Shown: positions 39,806 to 49,814, counted from the stretch's first letter. The stretch: 55,051 bases of DNA from Actinomycetota bacterium (GCA_019348495.1 JAHWJI010000003.1:1-55051), one strand, 5' to 3'. The notes: a model not told the origin generated them from the sequence alone. Made by a program: numbers and translations.

Positions 39806-40435
39806 ATGGCGCGCTACACCGGACCGGTGTGCCGGCTGTGCCGACGCGAGAAGATGAAGCTGTTCCTCAAAGGGGCCAAGTGCGACACCATGAAGTGCCC
39901 CATCGAGCGCCGTCCCTACCCCCCGGGTGAACACGGCCGCACCCAGCTCCGGCGCAAGGACTCCGAGTACCTGGTCCAGCTCCGTGAGAAGCAGAAGGCC
40001 CGGCGCATCTACGGGCTCATGGAGAAGCAGTTCCGCAACCTCTACCAGGAGGCCAACCGCCAAAAGGGCGTCACCGGTGAGAACCTGCTGCGCATGCTCG
40101 AGCTGCGGCTCGACAACGTGGTGTTCCGGGCCGGGTGGGGGGCGAGCCGGTCCCAGGCGCGCCAGTTGGTCCGCCACGGCCACGTCAAGGTCAACGGGCG
40201 GCGGGTCACCATCCCCTCCTACACCGTGCGCAAGGGCGAGGTCGTCGAGCTGGGCGACAAGGCCAAGGCCATGATCGTGATCCGTCACAACCTCGACACC
40301 CTCGACCGGCGGGTGCCTCCGTGGTTGGAGGGTGATCCCCAGTCGGCTTCGGTCAACGTGCGCGACGACCCACGGCGCGAACACATCGACGTTCCTGTCC
40401 GTGAGCAGTTGATCGTCGAGCTCTACAGCAAGTAG
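39806..40435 (+). CDS. rpsD: 30S ribosomal protein S4
   Basis: [26 protein letters not shown]...; S4 RNA-binding domain; ATG 39806 after GGAGG. Confidence 0.95.
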   Translation: MARYTGPVCRLCRREKMKLFLKGAKCDTMKCPIERRPYPPGEHGRTQLRRKDSEYLVQLREKQKARRIYGLMEKQFRNLYQEANRQKGVTGENLLRMLELRLDNVVFRAGWGASRSQARQLVRHGHVKVNGRRVTIPSYTVRKGEVVELGDKAKAMIVIRHNLDTLDRRVPPWLEGDPQSASVNVRDDPRREHIDVPVREQLIVELYSK

Positions 40436-40505
40436 GAGTCACCGGGCGCTTCCTATCCGGGGCCCGGGACCCCACCCCCCGCGAATCATCAAGGAGAGAG
40501 GGCCC

Positions 40506-41444
40506 ATGCTGGTCATCCAACGTCCGAGCGTCGAGTCCGTCACCGAGCCCGAGGCCAACAGGCAGCGCTTCGCCGTCAGCCCCTTGGAGCCGGGCTTCGG
40601 GCACACGCTGGGCAACGCCTTGCGGCGGACGCTGCTGTCCTCCATCCCGGGAGCGGCGGTGACCCAGGTGCGCTTCGACGACGCCCTCCACGAGTTCTCC
40701 ACCATCGCCGGGGTCACCGAGGACGTCACCGACATCATCCTCAGTCTCAAAGACGTGGTGCTGACCACTCTCGCCGACGAACCCGTCGTCGTGCGCCTCG
40801 ACGTCCAGGGCCCGGCCGAGGTCACCGCCGGTGACATCCAGACCACCGCCGACGTCGAGGTCCTCAATCCCGAGCTGCACCTGGCCACGCTCAACGACAA
40901 GGGTCGCCTCTCGGTGGATCTCACCGTGGAGCAGGGGCGGGGCTACGTCTCGGCCGACCGCTCCAACACCGTCGCCACCATCGGTCTCATCCCTGTCGAC
41001 GCCATCTTCTCGCCGGTGCGCCGGGTCACCTTCGCCGTGGAACCCACCCGAGTGGAGCAGTCGACGAACTTCGACCGCCTCGTGCTCGACATCGAGACCG
41101 ACGGTTCCATCTCACCCCGAGAGGCCCTGGCCTCGGCCGGCCAGACGCTGCGCTCGCTCATGGGGCTGGTGGCCGACATGAGCGACGCCGCCCACGGTCT
41201 GGAGCTCGGTGAGGTGGGCCGTTCGTCGGTCGGATCTCCCGACCTCGACCTGCCCATCGAGGACCTCGACCTCTCCGAGCGGCCCCGCAACTGCCTCAAG
41301 CGGGCCCAGGTCAACAGCATCGGCGAGCTGCTGCTCAAGACGGAGGAGGACCTCTTGGCCATCACCAACTTCGGCCAGAAGTCCCTCGACGAAGTGGCCG
41401 AGAAGCTCGACGAGCGGGGCCTGTCGCTGCGGACCAAGGAGTAG
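40506..41444 (+). CDS. rpoA: DNA-directed RNA polymerase subunit alpha
   Basis: [27 protein letters not shown]; C-terminal [23 protein letters not shown]. Confidence 0.96.
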   Translation: MLVIQRPSVESVTEPEANRQRFAVSPLEPGFGHTLGNALRRTLLSSIPGAAVTQVRFDDALHEFSTIAGVTEDVTDIILSLKDVVLTTLADEPVVVRLDVQGPAEVTAGDIQTTADVEVLNPELHLATLNDKGRLSVDLTVEQGRGYVSADRSNTVATIGLIPVDAIFSPVRRVTFAVEPTRVEQSTNFDRLVLDIETDGSISPREALASAGQTLRSLMGLVADMSDAAHGLELGEVGRSSVGSPDLDLPIEDLDLSERPRNCLKRAQVNSIGELLLKTEEDLLAITNFGQKSLDEVAEKLDERGLSLRTKE

Positions 41445-41446
41445 CC

Positions 41447-41800
41447 ATGCCCGCAACCCCCACCAAAGGCCGTCGCCTCGGAGGCTCCAGTGCCCATCAG
41501 AAGGCCATGATGGCCAACCTGGTGGCGTCACTCGTGGCCGCCGAGGGGATCGTCACCACCGAGGCCAAGGCCAAGGCCTTGCGCCCGGTGGCCGAGAAGA
41601 TGATCACCAAGGCCAAGAAGGGCGGCGTGCACCGCCACCGGCAGGTGATGTCGTTCCTGGGCGACAAGGACATGGCCCACAAGCTGTTCGAGGAGATCGG
41701 CCCCCGCTACGCCGATCGCAACGGGGGCTACACCCGCATCCTCAAGCTCGGCCCTCGCCACGGCGACAACGCGCCCATGGCGAGGATCGAGCTCGTGTGA
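41447..41800 (+). CDS. rplQ: 50S ribosomal protein L17
   Basis: [23 protein letters not shown]...[20 protein letters not shown]. Confidence 0.95.
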   Translation: MPATPTKGRRLGGSSAHQKAMMANLVASLVAAEGIVTTEAKAKALRPVAEKMITKAKKGGVHRHRQVMSFLGDKDMAHKLFEEIGPRYADRNGGYTRILKLGPRHGDNAPMARIELV

Positions 41801-41875
41801 TCGCCGCCGAAGCAGAGGTTCGTCGGCGAGTCGGTCGTGCTCCGGCCGTCCGGCGTGGGGAGGAGCGGTCAGGCC

Positions 41876-42643
41876 ATGCGGGTCAAGCTGGTCGTTGCCT
41901 ACGACGGGTCGGGGTTTCGGGGTTTCGCCGCCAACGCCGGGGTCGAGACGGTGGCGGGCGTGCTGGGTGCGGCACTGGAGCGGGTGGTGGGCCACCCCGT
42001 GGTGCTGAGCTGTGCGGGACGCACCGACGCCGGGGTCCACGCCTGGGGCCAGGTGGTGTCGTTCGACGTCGATCGTGACGTCGGCGTCGCTGAGCTCGAC
42101 CTGGTGGCAGTGCAGCGCTCGGTCAACCGCCAGTGCCGACCCCGCGTGGTGGTCCGCAAGGCCGAGGTGGTCGACGGCGGCTTCGACGCCCGTCGGTCGG
42201 CGAGGGCCCGGTGTTATCGCTACACCGTCCTCAACCGGCCGGTGCCCGACCCGTTCCTCGCCGCCACCTCCTGGTGGGTCGAGCGACCACTCGACCTCGC
42301 GGCCATGCGCCTGGCCTGCGACCCGATGATCGGCGAGCACGACTTCGCCGCCTTCTGCCGGCGTCCCAAGCCTGCCCCCGGCCTCGATGCGCCCTCGATG
42401 GTCCGCCGGGTGCTCGACGCCCGCTGGCACGACCTGGGCGACGGCGTACTGCGCTTCGACGTGGAGGCCTCCTCGTTCTGCCATCAGATGGTGCGCAGCG
42501 TGGTGGGCACCCTGGTGGAGATGGGCACGGGGAGGACAACGGCGGGAGAGATGCGCGCCATCATCGCCTCCGGCGAGCGGGCGCGGTCCGGCCAGTTGGC
42601 GCCTCCCCACGGTCTGTGCCTGTGGGAGGTGCGCTATGACTGA
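41876..42643 (+). CDS. truA: tRNA pseudouridine(38-40) synthase TruA
   Basis: [17 protein letters not shown]...[13 protein letters not shown] catalytic Asp motif; ATG 41876 after GGGAGGAG (track start 41837). Confidence 0.9.
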   Translation: MRVKLVVAYDGSGFRGFAANAGVETVAGVLGAALERVVGHPVVLSCAGRTDAGVHAWGQVVSFDVDRDVGVAELDLVAVQRSVNRQCRPRVVVRKAEVVDGGFDARRSARARCYRYTVLNRPVPDPFLAATSWWVERPLDLAAMRLACDPMIGEHDFAAFCRRPKPAPGLDAPSMVRRVLDARWHDLGDGVLRFDVEASSFCHQMVRSVVGTLVEMGTGRTTAGEMRAIIASGERARSGQLAPPHGLCLWEVRYD

Positions 42644-42777
42644 CTGGCCGGGCGGCGGTGGAGCTCCGCAGCCATGTCGGGCTCCGGGCCCTTCGCCCCG
42701 AGGTTGCCGCCGGCCCGTTCGCAGCCGTAAGCTGGCCCGTTCCCGAGCAAGGCCGGCCGAGCGACCGAGAAGGTTCT

Positions 42778-43248
42778 GTGCGCACGTTCTCCCCGACGAA
42801 ATCCGACCTGACCCGCGCCTGGCACGTCGTCGATGCCGAGGGCCTGGTGCTCGGTCGCCTGGCCACTGAGGTGGCCCGGGTGCTGCGGGGCAAGCACAAG
42901 CCCACCTTCACCCCTCATCTCGACACCGGCGACCACGTCATCGTGGTCAACGCGGCCAAGGTCGTGCTCACCTCCGACAAGGCCGACAAGAAGGTCGTCT
43001 ACCGCCACAGCGGCTATCCGGGGGGGCTGCGCGCCACGCGCTACGCCGACTTCCTGGCCGCCAAGCCCGAAGAGGCGGTGCGTCGAGCGGTTCGGGGCAT
43101 GCTCCCCAAGAACCGCCTCGGCCGGGCCACGCTGGGCAAGCTCAAGGTCTACGCCGGGCCGACCCATCCCCACACCGCCCAGTCTCCGCTCGTGTGGGAT
43201 CTGGCGTCCGCCCGCCGGGAGCAGCGCGCGCCCGGTCGGACCGGCTGA
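42778..43248 (+). CDS. rplM: 50S ribosomal protein L13
   Basis: [45 protein letters not shown]; GTG 42778 after GAGAAGG. Confidence 0.94.
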   Translation: MRTFSPTKSDLTRAWHVVDAEGLVLGRLATEVARVLRGKHKPTFTPHLDTGDHVIVVNAAKVVLTSDKADKKVVYRHSGYPGGLRATRYADFLAAKPEEAVRRAVRGMLPKNRLGRATLGKLKVYAGPTHPHTAQSPLVWDLASARREQRAPGRTG

Positions 43249-43263
43249 GGAAGGACACCCGAC

Positions 43264-43659
43264 ATGGCCGACAAGCCCCTCGTCCAGACCACCGGTCGCC
43301 GCAAGCGTGCGGTGGCGCGGGTGCGTCTGCGCAACGGTGAAGGCACCGTCACCGTCAACCACCGCTCGCTCGACGACTACTTCCCCTCCGAGACCCACCG
43401 CATGGTGGTCACCGAACCTCTCCGGCTCACCAACACCGACGAGGCCTACGACGTCGATTGCACCATGGACGGTGGGGGCACCACCGGCCAGGCCGGCGCC
43501 ATGCGCCTGGGAGTGGCCCGGGCGCTGATCGCCCTCGACCCGGACCTGCGGGGCGAGCTGAAGAAGGCCGGCTTCTTGATGCGCGACTCCCGAGAGAAGG
43601 AGAGCAAGAAGGCGGGGCTGAAGAAGGCTCGGAAGGCGCCGCAGTACTCCAAGCGCTGA
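43264..43659 (+). CDS. rpsI: 30S ribosomal protein S9
   Basis: [17 protein letters not shown]...[11 protein letters not shown]. Confidence 0.96.
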   Translation: MADKPLVQTTGRRKRAVARVRLRNGEGTVTVNHRSLDDYFPSETHRMVVTEPLRLTNTDEAYDVDCTMDGGGTTGQAGAMRLGVARALIALDPDLRGELKKAGFLMRDSREKESKKAGLKKARKAPQYSKR

Positions 43660-43693
43660 CAAGGCGCGAGCAAAGCGAGCTTGCCTTGTCAGC
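43655..43693 (+). terminator. hairpin spanning the rpsI stop codon (GCTGACAAGGC / GCCTTGTCAGC)
   Basis: 11-bp perfect stem, 17-nt loop, no T-run. Confidence 0.45.
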
Positions 43694-45128
43694 ATCAGGC
43701 ACGAGTGCCGCCCAAGGCGGCACATCGCCCTTCCAGGCGGGCGTAGCCCGCCTGCGCTTCGGCACCGACGGCATCCGTGGGCCCGATACCGAGCTGACCC
43801 CGGAGCTCGCCGTCGCCCTGGGGCGGGCCGCGGCCACCGTCTTGGCCCCCCGGCCGGGTGATCGCCTCGTCATCGGTCGGGACACCAGGCGCTCGGGCTC
43901 GATGCTGGAGTCGGCCCTGGCTGCGGGCCTGGCCGCTCACGGGGTGCTCGTCGAGCGACTCGGGGTCCTGCCCACCCCTGGGGTGGCCTGGGTGGCGGCG
44001 AACGAGAAGGTGCCCGGGGCGATGATCTCGGCGTCGCACAACGTGTTCTCCGACAACGGGATCAAGTTCTTCGCAGCCGGTGGGCACAAGCTGTCCGATC
44101 AGGCCGAGGCCCGTCTCGAGGGTGAGCTCCATCGCCGCCTCCTCGACGGGCCCTTGGCAGCCACGGCGGGTGCCGGTGCCGTCGCCAGCGTGGTCTCGGG
44201 CGCCGCCGTGGGCACGGTGAGCGACCGCGACGACATCGGCCCCGGCTACGCCGACCATCTGCTGGCCTGCCTCGAGGGGCGCCGCCTCGACGGTCTCTCC
44301 GTGGTGCTCGACCCCGCCCACGGTGCGGCCGCCAAGGTAGGCCCGGAGGTGCTGGCCCGCACCGGCGCCGAGGTGCACGTCGTCCACGGCTCACCCGACG
44401 GCGTCAACATAAACGCCGGCTGCGGGTCGACCTACCCCGAGGGGCTGGCCCGGGCGGTGGTGGACAGCGGAGCCGACCTCGGGCTGGCCCTCGATGGGGA
44501 CGCCGACCGGATGATCGCCGTCGACCACCGGGGAGGGTTGGTCGACGGCGACCAGATCGTCGCCCTCCTGGCCGCCGACCTGCTGGCTCGTGGGCGCCTG
44601 CGGGGCTCGACGGTGGTGATCACCGTGATGTCCAACCTGGGGTTGCGCCACGCCCTGGCCGCGCACGGTGTCTCGGTGGTGGAGACGCCGGTGGGGGACC
44701 GCCACGTCCTGGCCGCGCTGGAACGGGGTGGCTGGTCGCTCGGGGGTGAGCAGTCGGGCCACGTCATCCTGCACGACCTGGCCACCACCGGTGACGGGTT
44801 GCTCACCGGCCTGTTGGTGGCTGACCTGGTGCGCCGTTCGGGCGCCTCCCTCGCCGATCTGGCCGCCGCCGCCATGACGCGCCTGCCCCAGGTGCTGCGC
44901 TCGGTCGCCGTGCCCCGGCGCGATCCGGCCATCCTCGAGCAGCTGGCGGGGCCGGTGGCGGCGCTGGAAGCGGAGTTGGGAGACGGCGGCCGGGTGCTCG
45001 TGCGCCCCAGCGGGACGGAGCCGGTCGTGCGGGTCATGGTGGAAGCACCCACCGTCGGCCAGGCCGACGCCCTGGCTGACCGCCTGGTGGCCGAGGTCCA
45101 GCGGGTCTCGCTGGAGGCCGGGCACTAG
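43686..45128 (+). CDS. glmM: phosphoglucosamine mutase
   Basis: RFGTDGIRG, ISASHNVFSDNGIKFF phosphoserine loop, GDADR, GGEQSGH. The start is uncertain: TTG 43686 (inside the hairpin arm) or CTG 43752. Confidence 0.9.
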   Translation: MSASGTSAAQGGTSPFQAGVARLRFGTDGIRGPDTELTPELAVALGRAAATVLAPRPGDRLVIGRDTRRSGSMLESALAAGLAAHGVLVERLGVLPTPGVAWVAANEKVPGAMISASHNVFSDNGIKFFAAGGHKLSDQAEARLEGELHRRLLDGPLAATAGAGAVASVVSGAAVGTVSDRDDIGPGYADHLLACLEGRRLDGLSVVLDPAHGAAAKVGPEVLARTGAEVHVVHGSPDGVNINAGCGSTYPEGLARAVVDSGADLGLALDGDADRMIAVDHRGGLVDGDQIVALLAADLLARGRLRGSTVVITVMSNLGLRHALAAHGVSVVETPVGDRHVLAALERGGWSLGGEQSGHVILHDLATTGDGLLTGLLVADLVRRSGASLADLAAAAMTRLPQVLRSVAVPRRDPAILEQLAGPVAALEAELGDGGRVLVRPSGTEPVVRVMVEAPTVGQADALADRLVAEVQRVSLEAGH

Positions 45129-45138
45129 CCTCGCCACC

Positions 45139-48100
45139 GTGTGCGGGATCATCGCGGTCGTCGGTCGGCGCTCGAAACGGATGCTCCCTTCGCCGACTGA
45201 GGTGCGCACCCTGCTCGCCGGGGTCGACGCCGCCCTCGCAGGGGCGGACGACGGAGGCGACCACCAAGGCCTGTCGTGGTCAGCCGTGGAGGCCGCGACC
45301 ACCGCCCTGGAGTCGCTCGAGGGGCTGCTCCGTGGTGGCCCGGGGGTGCGGTTCCTGCTCGCCCATCCCGAGGTGGCCGACGAGGTGGAGCTGGCCGCCC
45401 GGCAGACCGACCGCGCCATCCGCGGCCTCGACGCGGTGCTCGACGCCCGTGCCCCGCAGTTGTCGGGTCGGGCCCTGGAGGCCCACAGCAGAGCCCTGGT
45501 GAGGTTGAAGGACGCGGCGTGGGCAGTGGGCCGTGACCGTCTGGGCGCCGCCCGGGCGGTGGCCGACCTGGCCGGGCCCCAGGCCGGCCCGGCCGCGGTG
45601 GAGGCGTTCGTCGCCATCGAGGTGGCGCTGTCGGCCCTGGACCGCCTGGAGGTGCGGGGGCGTGACTCGGCTGGGGTCCACCTGCTGATCGACGGTCACG
45701 GCCTCGATCTCCACGGCGCCGAGGTGGCCTCGCTGGTGGCGGCCCGGGCCGACCCCTTGTTCACCTCGGGGGCGGTGCGCACGCCCGAGGGGCGCCTGAG
45801 CCTGGTCTACAAGGCGGCGGCCGAGATCGGCGAGCTGGGCGACAACAGCGCCGCGCTGCGCCGGGCCATGCGCGACGATGCCCTCCTGCGTCGGGCGCTG
45901 TTGGCATCCACGGCCCAGGTCACCGTGCTCGGCCACACACGATGGGCGAGCGTGGGCATCGTCTCGGAGGCCAACGCCCACCCCCTCAACCAAGAGGAGC
46001 AAGACGGCGCCGACGGTGCCTACGTGGCCGTGGCCGTCAACGGCGACGTCGACAACCACGCGGAGCTGCGGCGCCGCCACGGGCTGCGGGTCCCCGTGGA
46101 GATCACCTGCGACTCCAAGGTCGTGCCCGCCCTGGTGTCGCGGGAGCTGACCGGTGACGCCGCCCCCGAGGATGCCTTTCGTCAGGTCGTCGCCCGCCTG
46201 GAGGGTTCGATGGCCGTGGCCGCCAACCTCGCCGGCGCCCCCCGGAGCCTGTCGCTGGCCGTACGGGGCAGCGGCCAGGCCCTCTACGTGGGTCTGGCCG
46301 AGGATGCCTATGTGATCGCCAGCGAGCCCTACGGGGTGGTGGGCGAGACTTGCCACTACCTACGTCTCGACGGCGAGACACCCCAGGGGCCGGCCGGGGC
46401 GCGGGGACAGGTGGTGGTCGTCGACGGCGACCGCGGCGGCCTCGACGGCATCCGGCGCTGGTCCTACGACGGCACCGTCCTGCCGGTCCGGGCCGACGAG
46501 GTGCAGGTGGCGGAGATCACCACACGCGACATCGACCGGGGCGACTTCCCCCACTTCCTGCTCAAGGAGCTCTACGAGGCACCCCGCTCCCTGGCCCGCA
46601 CGGTGCGGGGCCGCATCGACGAAGGTGACGGACGCCTCGCCGCCGCCCTCGACGACGACGTGCTGCCCGAGCCCGTGCGCAAGGGGCTGGGCAACGGGAC
46701 CCTGAGGCGAGTGGTGGTCATCGGCCAGGGGACCGCCGCCGTCGCCGGACAGAGCGTGGCCGCGGCGGTGGCCGCGGCCTGCGCCGGCTCCCCGCTGCAG
46801 GTCGAGTCGGTGCTGGCCACCGAGCTCTCGGGGTTCGGCCTCGACGACGACATGTCCGACGTGCTGGTCGTCCCCGTGAGCCAGTCGGGTACCACCACCG
46901 ACACCAACCGCACGGTCGACTTGGTGCGGGCCCGGGGTGGGGCGGTCGTGGCCATCGTGAACCGTCGCAACAGCGACCTGGTGGAGAAGGCCGACGGGGT
47001 GCTGTTCACCTCCGACGGACGTGACGTGGAGATGAGCGTGGCCTCCACCAAGGCGTTCTACGCCCAGGTGGCGGCCGGGTTCTTGTTGGCCGAGGGCATC
47101 GCCGAGGCCGTGGGGTGTGCGGACCGGGCCCGGGCCTCGGCCGTGCTACGCGGGCTGCGCGACCTGCCCGAGGCCATGAGGGCGGTGCTCGATCGCCGGG
47201 CGGCCATCGCCGAGGCAGCCAGGGCCCACGCTCCCGCTCACCGGTCCTGGGCCGTGGTGGGCAACGGGGCCAACCGCATCGCCGCCGAAGAGGTGCGGAT
47301 CAAGCTGTCGGAACTGTGCTACAAGTCGATCGCCTGCGACGCCACCGAGGACAAGAAGCACATCGACCTCTCGACCGAGCCGTTGGTGTGGGTGTGCGCA
47401 GCCGGCTTGCGCGGGCCCAACGCCGACGACGTGGCCAAGGAGGTGGCCATCTACCGGGCCCACCGGGCGGTGCCGGTGGTGGTGGCCACCGAGGGCCAGG
47501 AGTTCGCCGCCGCCTCGGCCACGGTCACCGTGCCCGAGGTGCACCCCGCCCTGGCCTTCGTGCTGTCGGCCATGGCCGGGCACCTGTTCGGCTACGAGGC
47601 GGCGCTGGCGATCGACGCCCACGCTCGCCTGCTGCGCCAAGCCAGGGCCGCCATCGAGGTGGCTCTGGCCGTCCCCGAGGACGACATCGGCCTGCTCGAC
47701 CGGCTCGCCCCCGTGCTGCGACCGGTGGCCGGGTCCGTCCTGGCCACGTTTCGCAGCGGCGACTGCGACGGGAGCATGTCCGCATCGGTGGCCCTGGAGA
47801 TCGCCTCGTTGCTGCGCTACGCCACTGGCGCGGCGCCGCTGGAGGCCTACGAGCTCGACCATGGCCGACTCGGGCTGCCCGGCGTCGTCGTCGAGGACCT
47901 GACCAACGCCCTGACCCGGGGCATCGAGGAGCTGACCAGGCCCGTCGACGCCATCAAGCACCAGGCCAAGACCGTCACCGTGGGCATCTCCCGCTCCGAG
48001 GATGCGCTGCTCGGGGCTCCGCTGGTGGAGGCGGTGCTGGCGGCCGGCGGGCAGCGGGAGCGCCTGGGCTACCGGGCCCTGCGCACCCTGGCTGCACTGG

Positions 48101-48573
48101 GTCCGGCCGTCGAGGAGGTGGTGGGCTCCACCCGCTACGGCATCGAAGGCGAGGTGACCGACGGCACCGCCCGGCTGCGGGTGCTCGACAAGCGGGGCGT
48201 GGCCGCCGGGCTTACCTCCCGGGCGGAGCGGTCGCCGGAGCTGCGGGGAACCAAGCATCGGGTGGTCACCCAGCGGGAGGTGACGGTTGCCGTGGGCGCC
48301 AGCGACGGCAGGACCGTGCTCCTCGTGCCCGAGACCAGGCAGAACCGGGTCGGTGGTCTGGTCCTGCTGCACGTCCGCTTCGCCGGTCGGTTGGCACCAG
48401 CGGTCGCCCGGGTGGTGCTGGAGGGCTACCAGGGTCGCTACGCCGCCCTGGTCGACGCGGTGACCGAGACCGAGCCGGCCTTCGCCGACGAGATGTTGGG
48501 TCAGGTCCCCATCGTGGAGCTGCTGACCCAGCCCGTCCACGTGCTCGCCCACCACTGGCGCAGCCAGGGGTGA
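45139..48573 (+). CDS. GlmS-like glutamine amidotransferase / tandem-SIS protein, 1144 aa (about twice canonical GlmS)
   Basis: MCGI N-terminus, RGRDSAG, GHTRWAS..NAHP, SQSGTTTDT, VASTKAF, EDKKH and QAKTVTVG occur in GlmS order, plus three large extra segments. Confidence 0.85.
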   Translation: MCGIIAVVGRRSKRMLPSPTEVRTLLAGVDAALAGADDGGDHQGLSWSAVEAATTALESLEGLLRGGPGVRFLLAHPEVADEVELAARQTDRAIRGLDAVLDARAPQLSGRALEAHSRALVRLKDAAWAVGRDRLGAARAVADLAGPQAGPAAVEAFVAIEVALSALDRLEVRGRDSAGVHLLIDGHGLDLHGAEVASLVAARADPLFTSGAVRTPEGRLSLVYKAAAEIGELGDNSAALRRAMRDDALLRRALLASTAQVTVLGHTRWASVGIVSEANAHPLNQEEQDGADGAYVAVAVNGDVDNHAELRRRHGLRVPVEITCDSKVVPALVSRELTGDAAPEDAFRQVVARLEGSMAVAANLAGAPRSLSLAVRGSGQALYVGLAEDAYVIASEPYGVVGETCHYLRLDGETPQGPAGARGQVVVVDGDRGGLDGIRRWSYDGTVLPVRADEVQVAEITTRDIDRGDFPHFLLKELYEAPRSLARTVRGRIDEGDGRLAAALDDDVLPEPVRKGLGNGTLRRVVVIGQGTAAVAGQSVAAAVAAACAGSPLQVESVLATELSGFGLDDDMSDVLVVPVSQSGTTTDTNRTVDLVRARGGAVVAIVNRRNSDLVEKADGVLFTSDGRDVEMSVASTKAFYAQVAAGFLLAEGIAEAVGCADRARASAVLRGLRDLPEAMRAVLDRRAAIAEAARAHAPAHRSWAVVGNGANRIAAEEVRIKLSELCYKSIACDATEDKKHIDLSTEPLVWVCAAGLRGPNADDVAKEVAIYRAHRAVPVVVATEGQEFAAASATVTVPEVHPALAFVLSAMAGHLFGYEAALAIDAHARLLRQARAAIEVALAVPEDDIGLLDRLAPVLRPVAGSVLATFRSGDCDGSMSASVALEIASLLRYATGAAPLEAYELDHGRLGLPGVVVEDLTNALTRGIEELTRPVDAIKHQAKTVTVGISRSEDALLGAPLVEAVLAAGGQRERLGYRALRTLAALGPAVEEVVGSTRYGIEGEVTDGTARLRVLDKRGVAAGLTSRAERSPELRGTKHRVVTQREVTVAVGASDGRTVLLVPETRQNRVGGLVLLHVRFAGRLAPAVARVVLEGYQGRYAALVDAVTETEPAFADEMLGQVPIVELLTQPVHVLAHHWRSQG

Positions 48574-48577
48574 CACC

Positions 48578-48943
48578 CTGATCGGCATCGGCACCGACCT
48601 TGTCGAGGTCGACCGCTTCCGCTTGGCGCTGGCCCGCACGCCCAGCCTGGCCGAGCGCCTCTTCAGCGAGAGCGAGCGGGTCGACGCCGGGCGCCGACGT
48701 GATCCGACCCCGAGCCTGGCTGCTCGCTTCGCGGCCAAAGAGGCGGTCATGAAGGCCCTGGGCGTGGGGTTGGGCCACTTCGCCCTGCGCGACATCGAGG
48801 TGATGCGGTCGCCGTCGGGGGCCCCGTCGCTGCGCCTTCACGGCGCCGCCGCCGCCGAGGCCGCCGAGCAGGGCGTGGCCGGGTGGCGTCTCAGCCTCAG
48901 CCACACCCCCCGCCTGGCCCAAGCCGTAGCTGTCGCCCTGTAG
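48578..48943 (+). CDS. acpS: holo-[acyl-carrier-protein] synthase
   Basis: (L)IGIGTDLVEVDRF...RFAAKEAVMKALG...LSLSHT. The conserved N-terminus lies upstream of the first canonical start (TTG 48623). Start proposed at CTG 48578, 7 nt after AGGGG. Confidence 0.8.
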   Translation: MIGIGTDLVEVDRFRLALARTPSLAERLFSESERVDAGRRRDPTPSLAARFAAKEAVMKALGVGLGHFALRDIEVMRSPSGAPSLRLHGAAAAEAAEQGVAGWRLSLSHTPRLAQAVAVAL

Positions 48944-48953
48944 GCCGGCAGGC

Positions 48954-49754
48954 TCAGCCGAGGAGGTCGCCCACGGTCTCGAGGAGCTCCTCGACGAGGC
49001 CGCCGCCGTCGTCCGGGGAGCCTGCGGCGGCGATGCGGCCCCGGCTGCGCTCCCGCACCTCGGCCAGCCGGCGCTGGCAGCCGTTGCCCGGGCAGCCCGT
49101 GGCCACCACGTCCCGATGGCCGATCAGCGCACCCGGGGCCAGGGGGTCGATGCCACGCGTGCCCAGCTTCCAGGCGCCGACGGCGGCCACCGCCTCGAGC
49201 GCCGCATCCGAGGGGGTGGTCCGGTCGTCGCTGAAGGTGCCCAGGATGGCCACGCCCACGCTGCCGGTGTTGTGGCCGCCGGCATGGGCTCCGACGACGC
49301 CCCTGCCGGCGGCGTCCTCCCCCGTGGGCCCGGAGCCCCCGGCCCGGCCCTCGTAGACGCGGCCGGCCTGGTCCACCACGAAGTTGTAGCCGATGTCGTC
49401 CCAGCCGTTGCCCCGCACGTGGAAGGCGTAGATGGCCCGCACCCGGGCGGCGGGGTCGGGCTCGTCGACGGCGGTCACCGTGTGGTGCACGATGACCCGG
49501 TTGATGGGGGCGAAGTCGGGGCGGCCGCGGCGAAGGCCCTCGTTGGCGCCCCACTGCGCCCGGGAGACGATGGGCGGGGGGGGCACAGCGGCGATCAGCC
49601 GGGGGTCACCCAGGTCGACGCCGCCTCGGGGCGCCGGGGGCGCCACCGAGCGCAGGACGGCGGGTCCGGCGGCCAGGGCCCCGGCCCCCACCAGCCCCTG
49701 CCACAGGAGCTGGCGGCGGAGCAGGCGTCGTTGCAGGTCCTGGTCTTGGGCCAC
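48954..49754 (-). CDS. N-acetylmuramoyl-L-alanine amidase (amidase_2/PGRP-type) with Tat-like signal
   Basis: LQRRLLRRQLLWQGLVGAGALAAGP signal; RVIVHHT, GWDDIGYNFVVDQAGRVYEGR, GAHAGGHNTGSVGVAILG, GHRDVVATGCPG. Confidence 0.8.
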   Translation of the reverse strand: MAQDQDLQRRLLRRQLLWQGLVGAGALAAGPAVLRSVAPPAPRGGVDLGDPRLIAAVPPPPIVSRAQWGANEGLRRGRPDFAPINRVIVHHTVTAVDEPDPAARVRAIYAFHVRGNGWDDIGYNFVVDQAGRVYEGRAGGSGPTGEDAAGRGVVGAHAGGHNTGSVGVAILGTFSDDRTTPSDAALEAVAAVGAWKLGTRGIDPLAPGALIGHRDVVATGCPGNGCQRRLAEVRERSRGRIAAAGSPDDGGGLVEELLETVGDLLG

Positions 49755-49814
49755 GGCGGCGAAGGCTAACGCAACCGGTCAGGCCAGACGTGGCGACTGG
49801 GGGAGAATGGTCGG

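Noticed and set aside
45129-45138. glmS ribozyme upstream of the glmS-like gene
   Set aside because: Only 10 nt separate glmM from the MCGI start, so there is no room for a ribozyme. To my knowledge that element is also largely confined to Firmicutes-type lineages.
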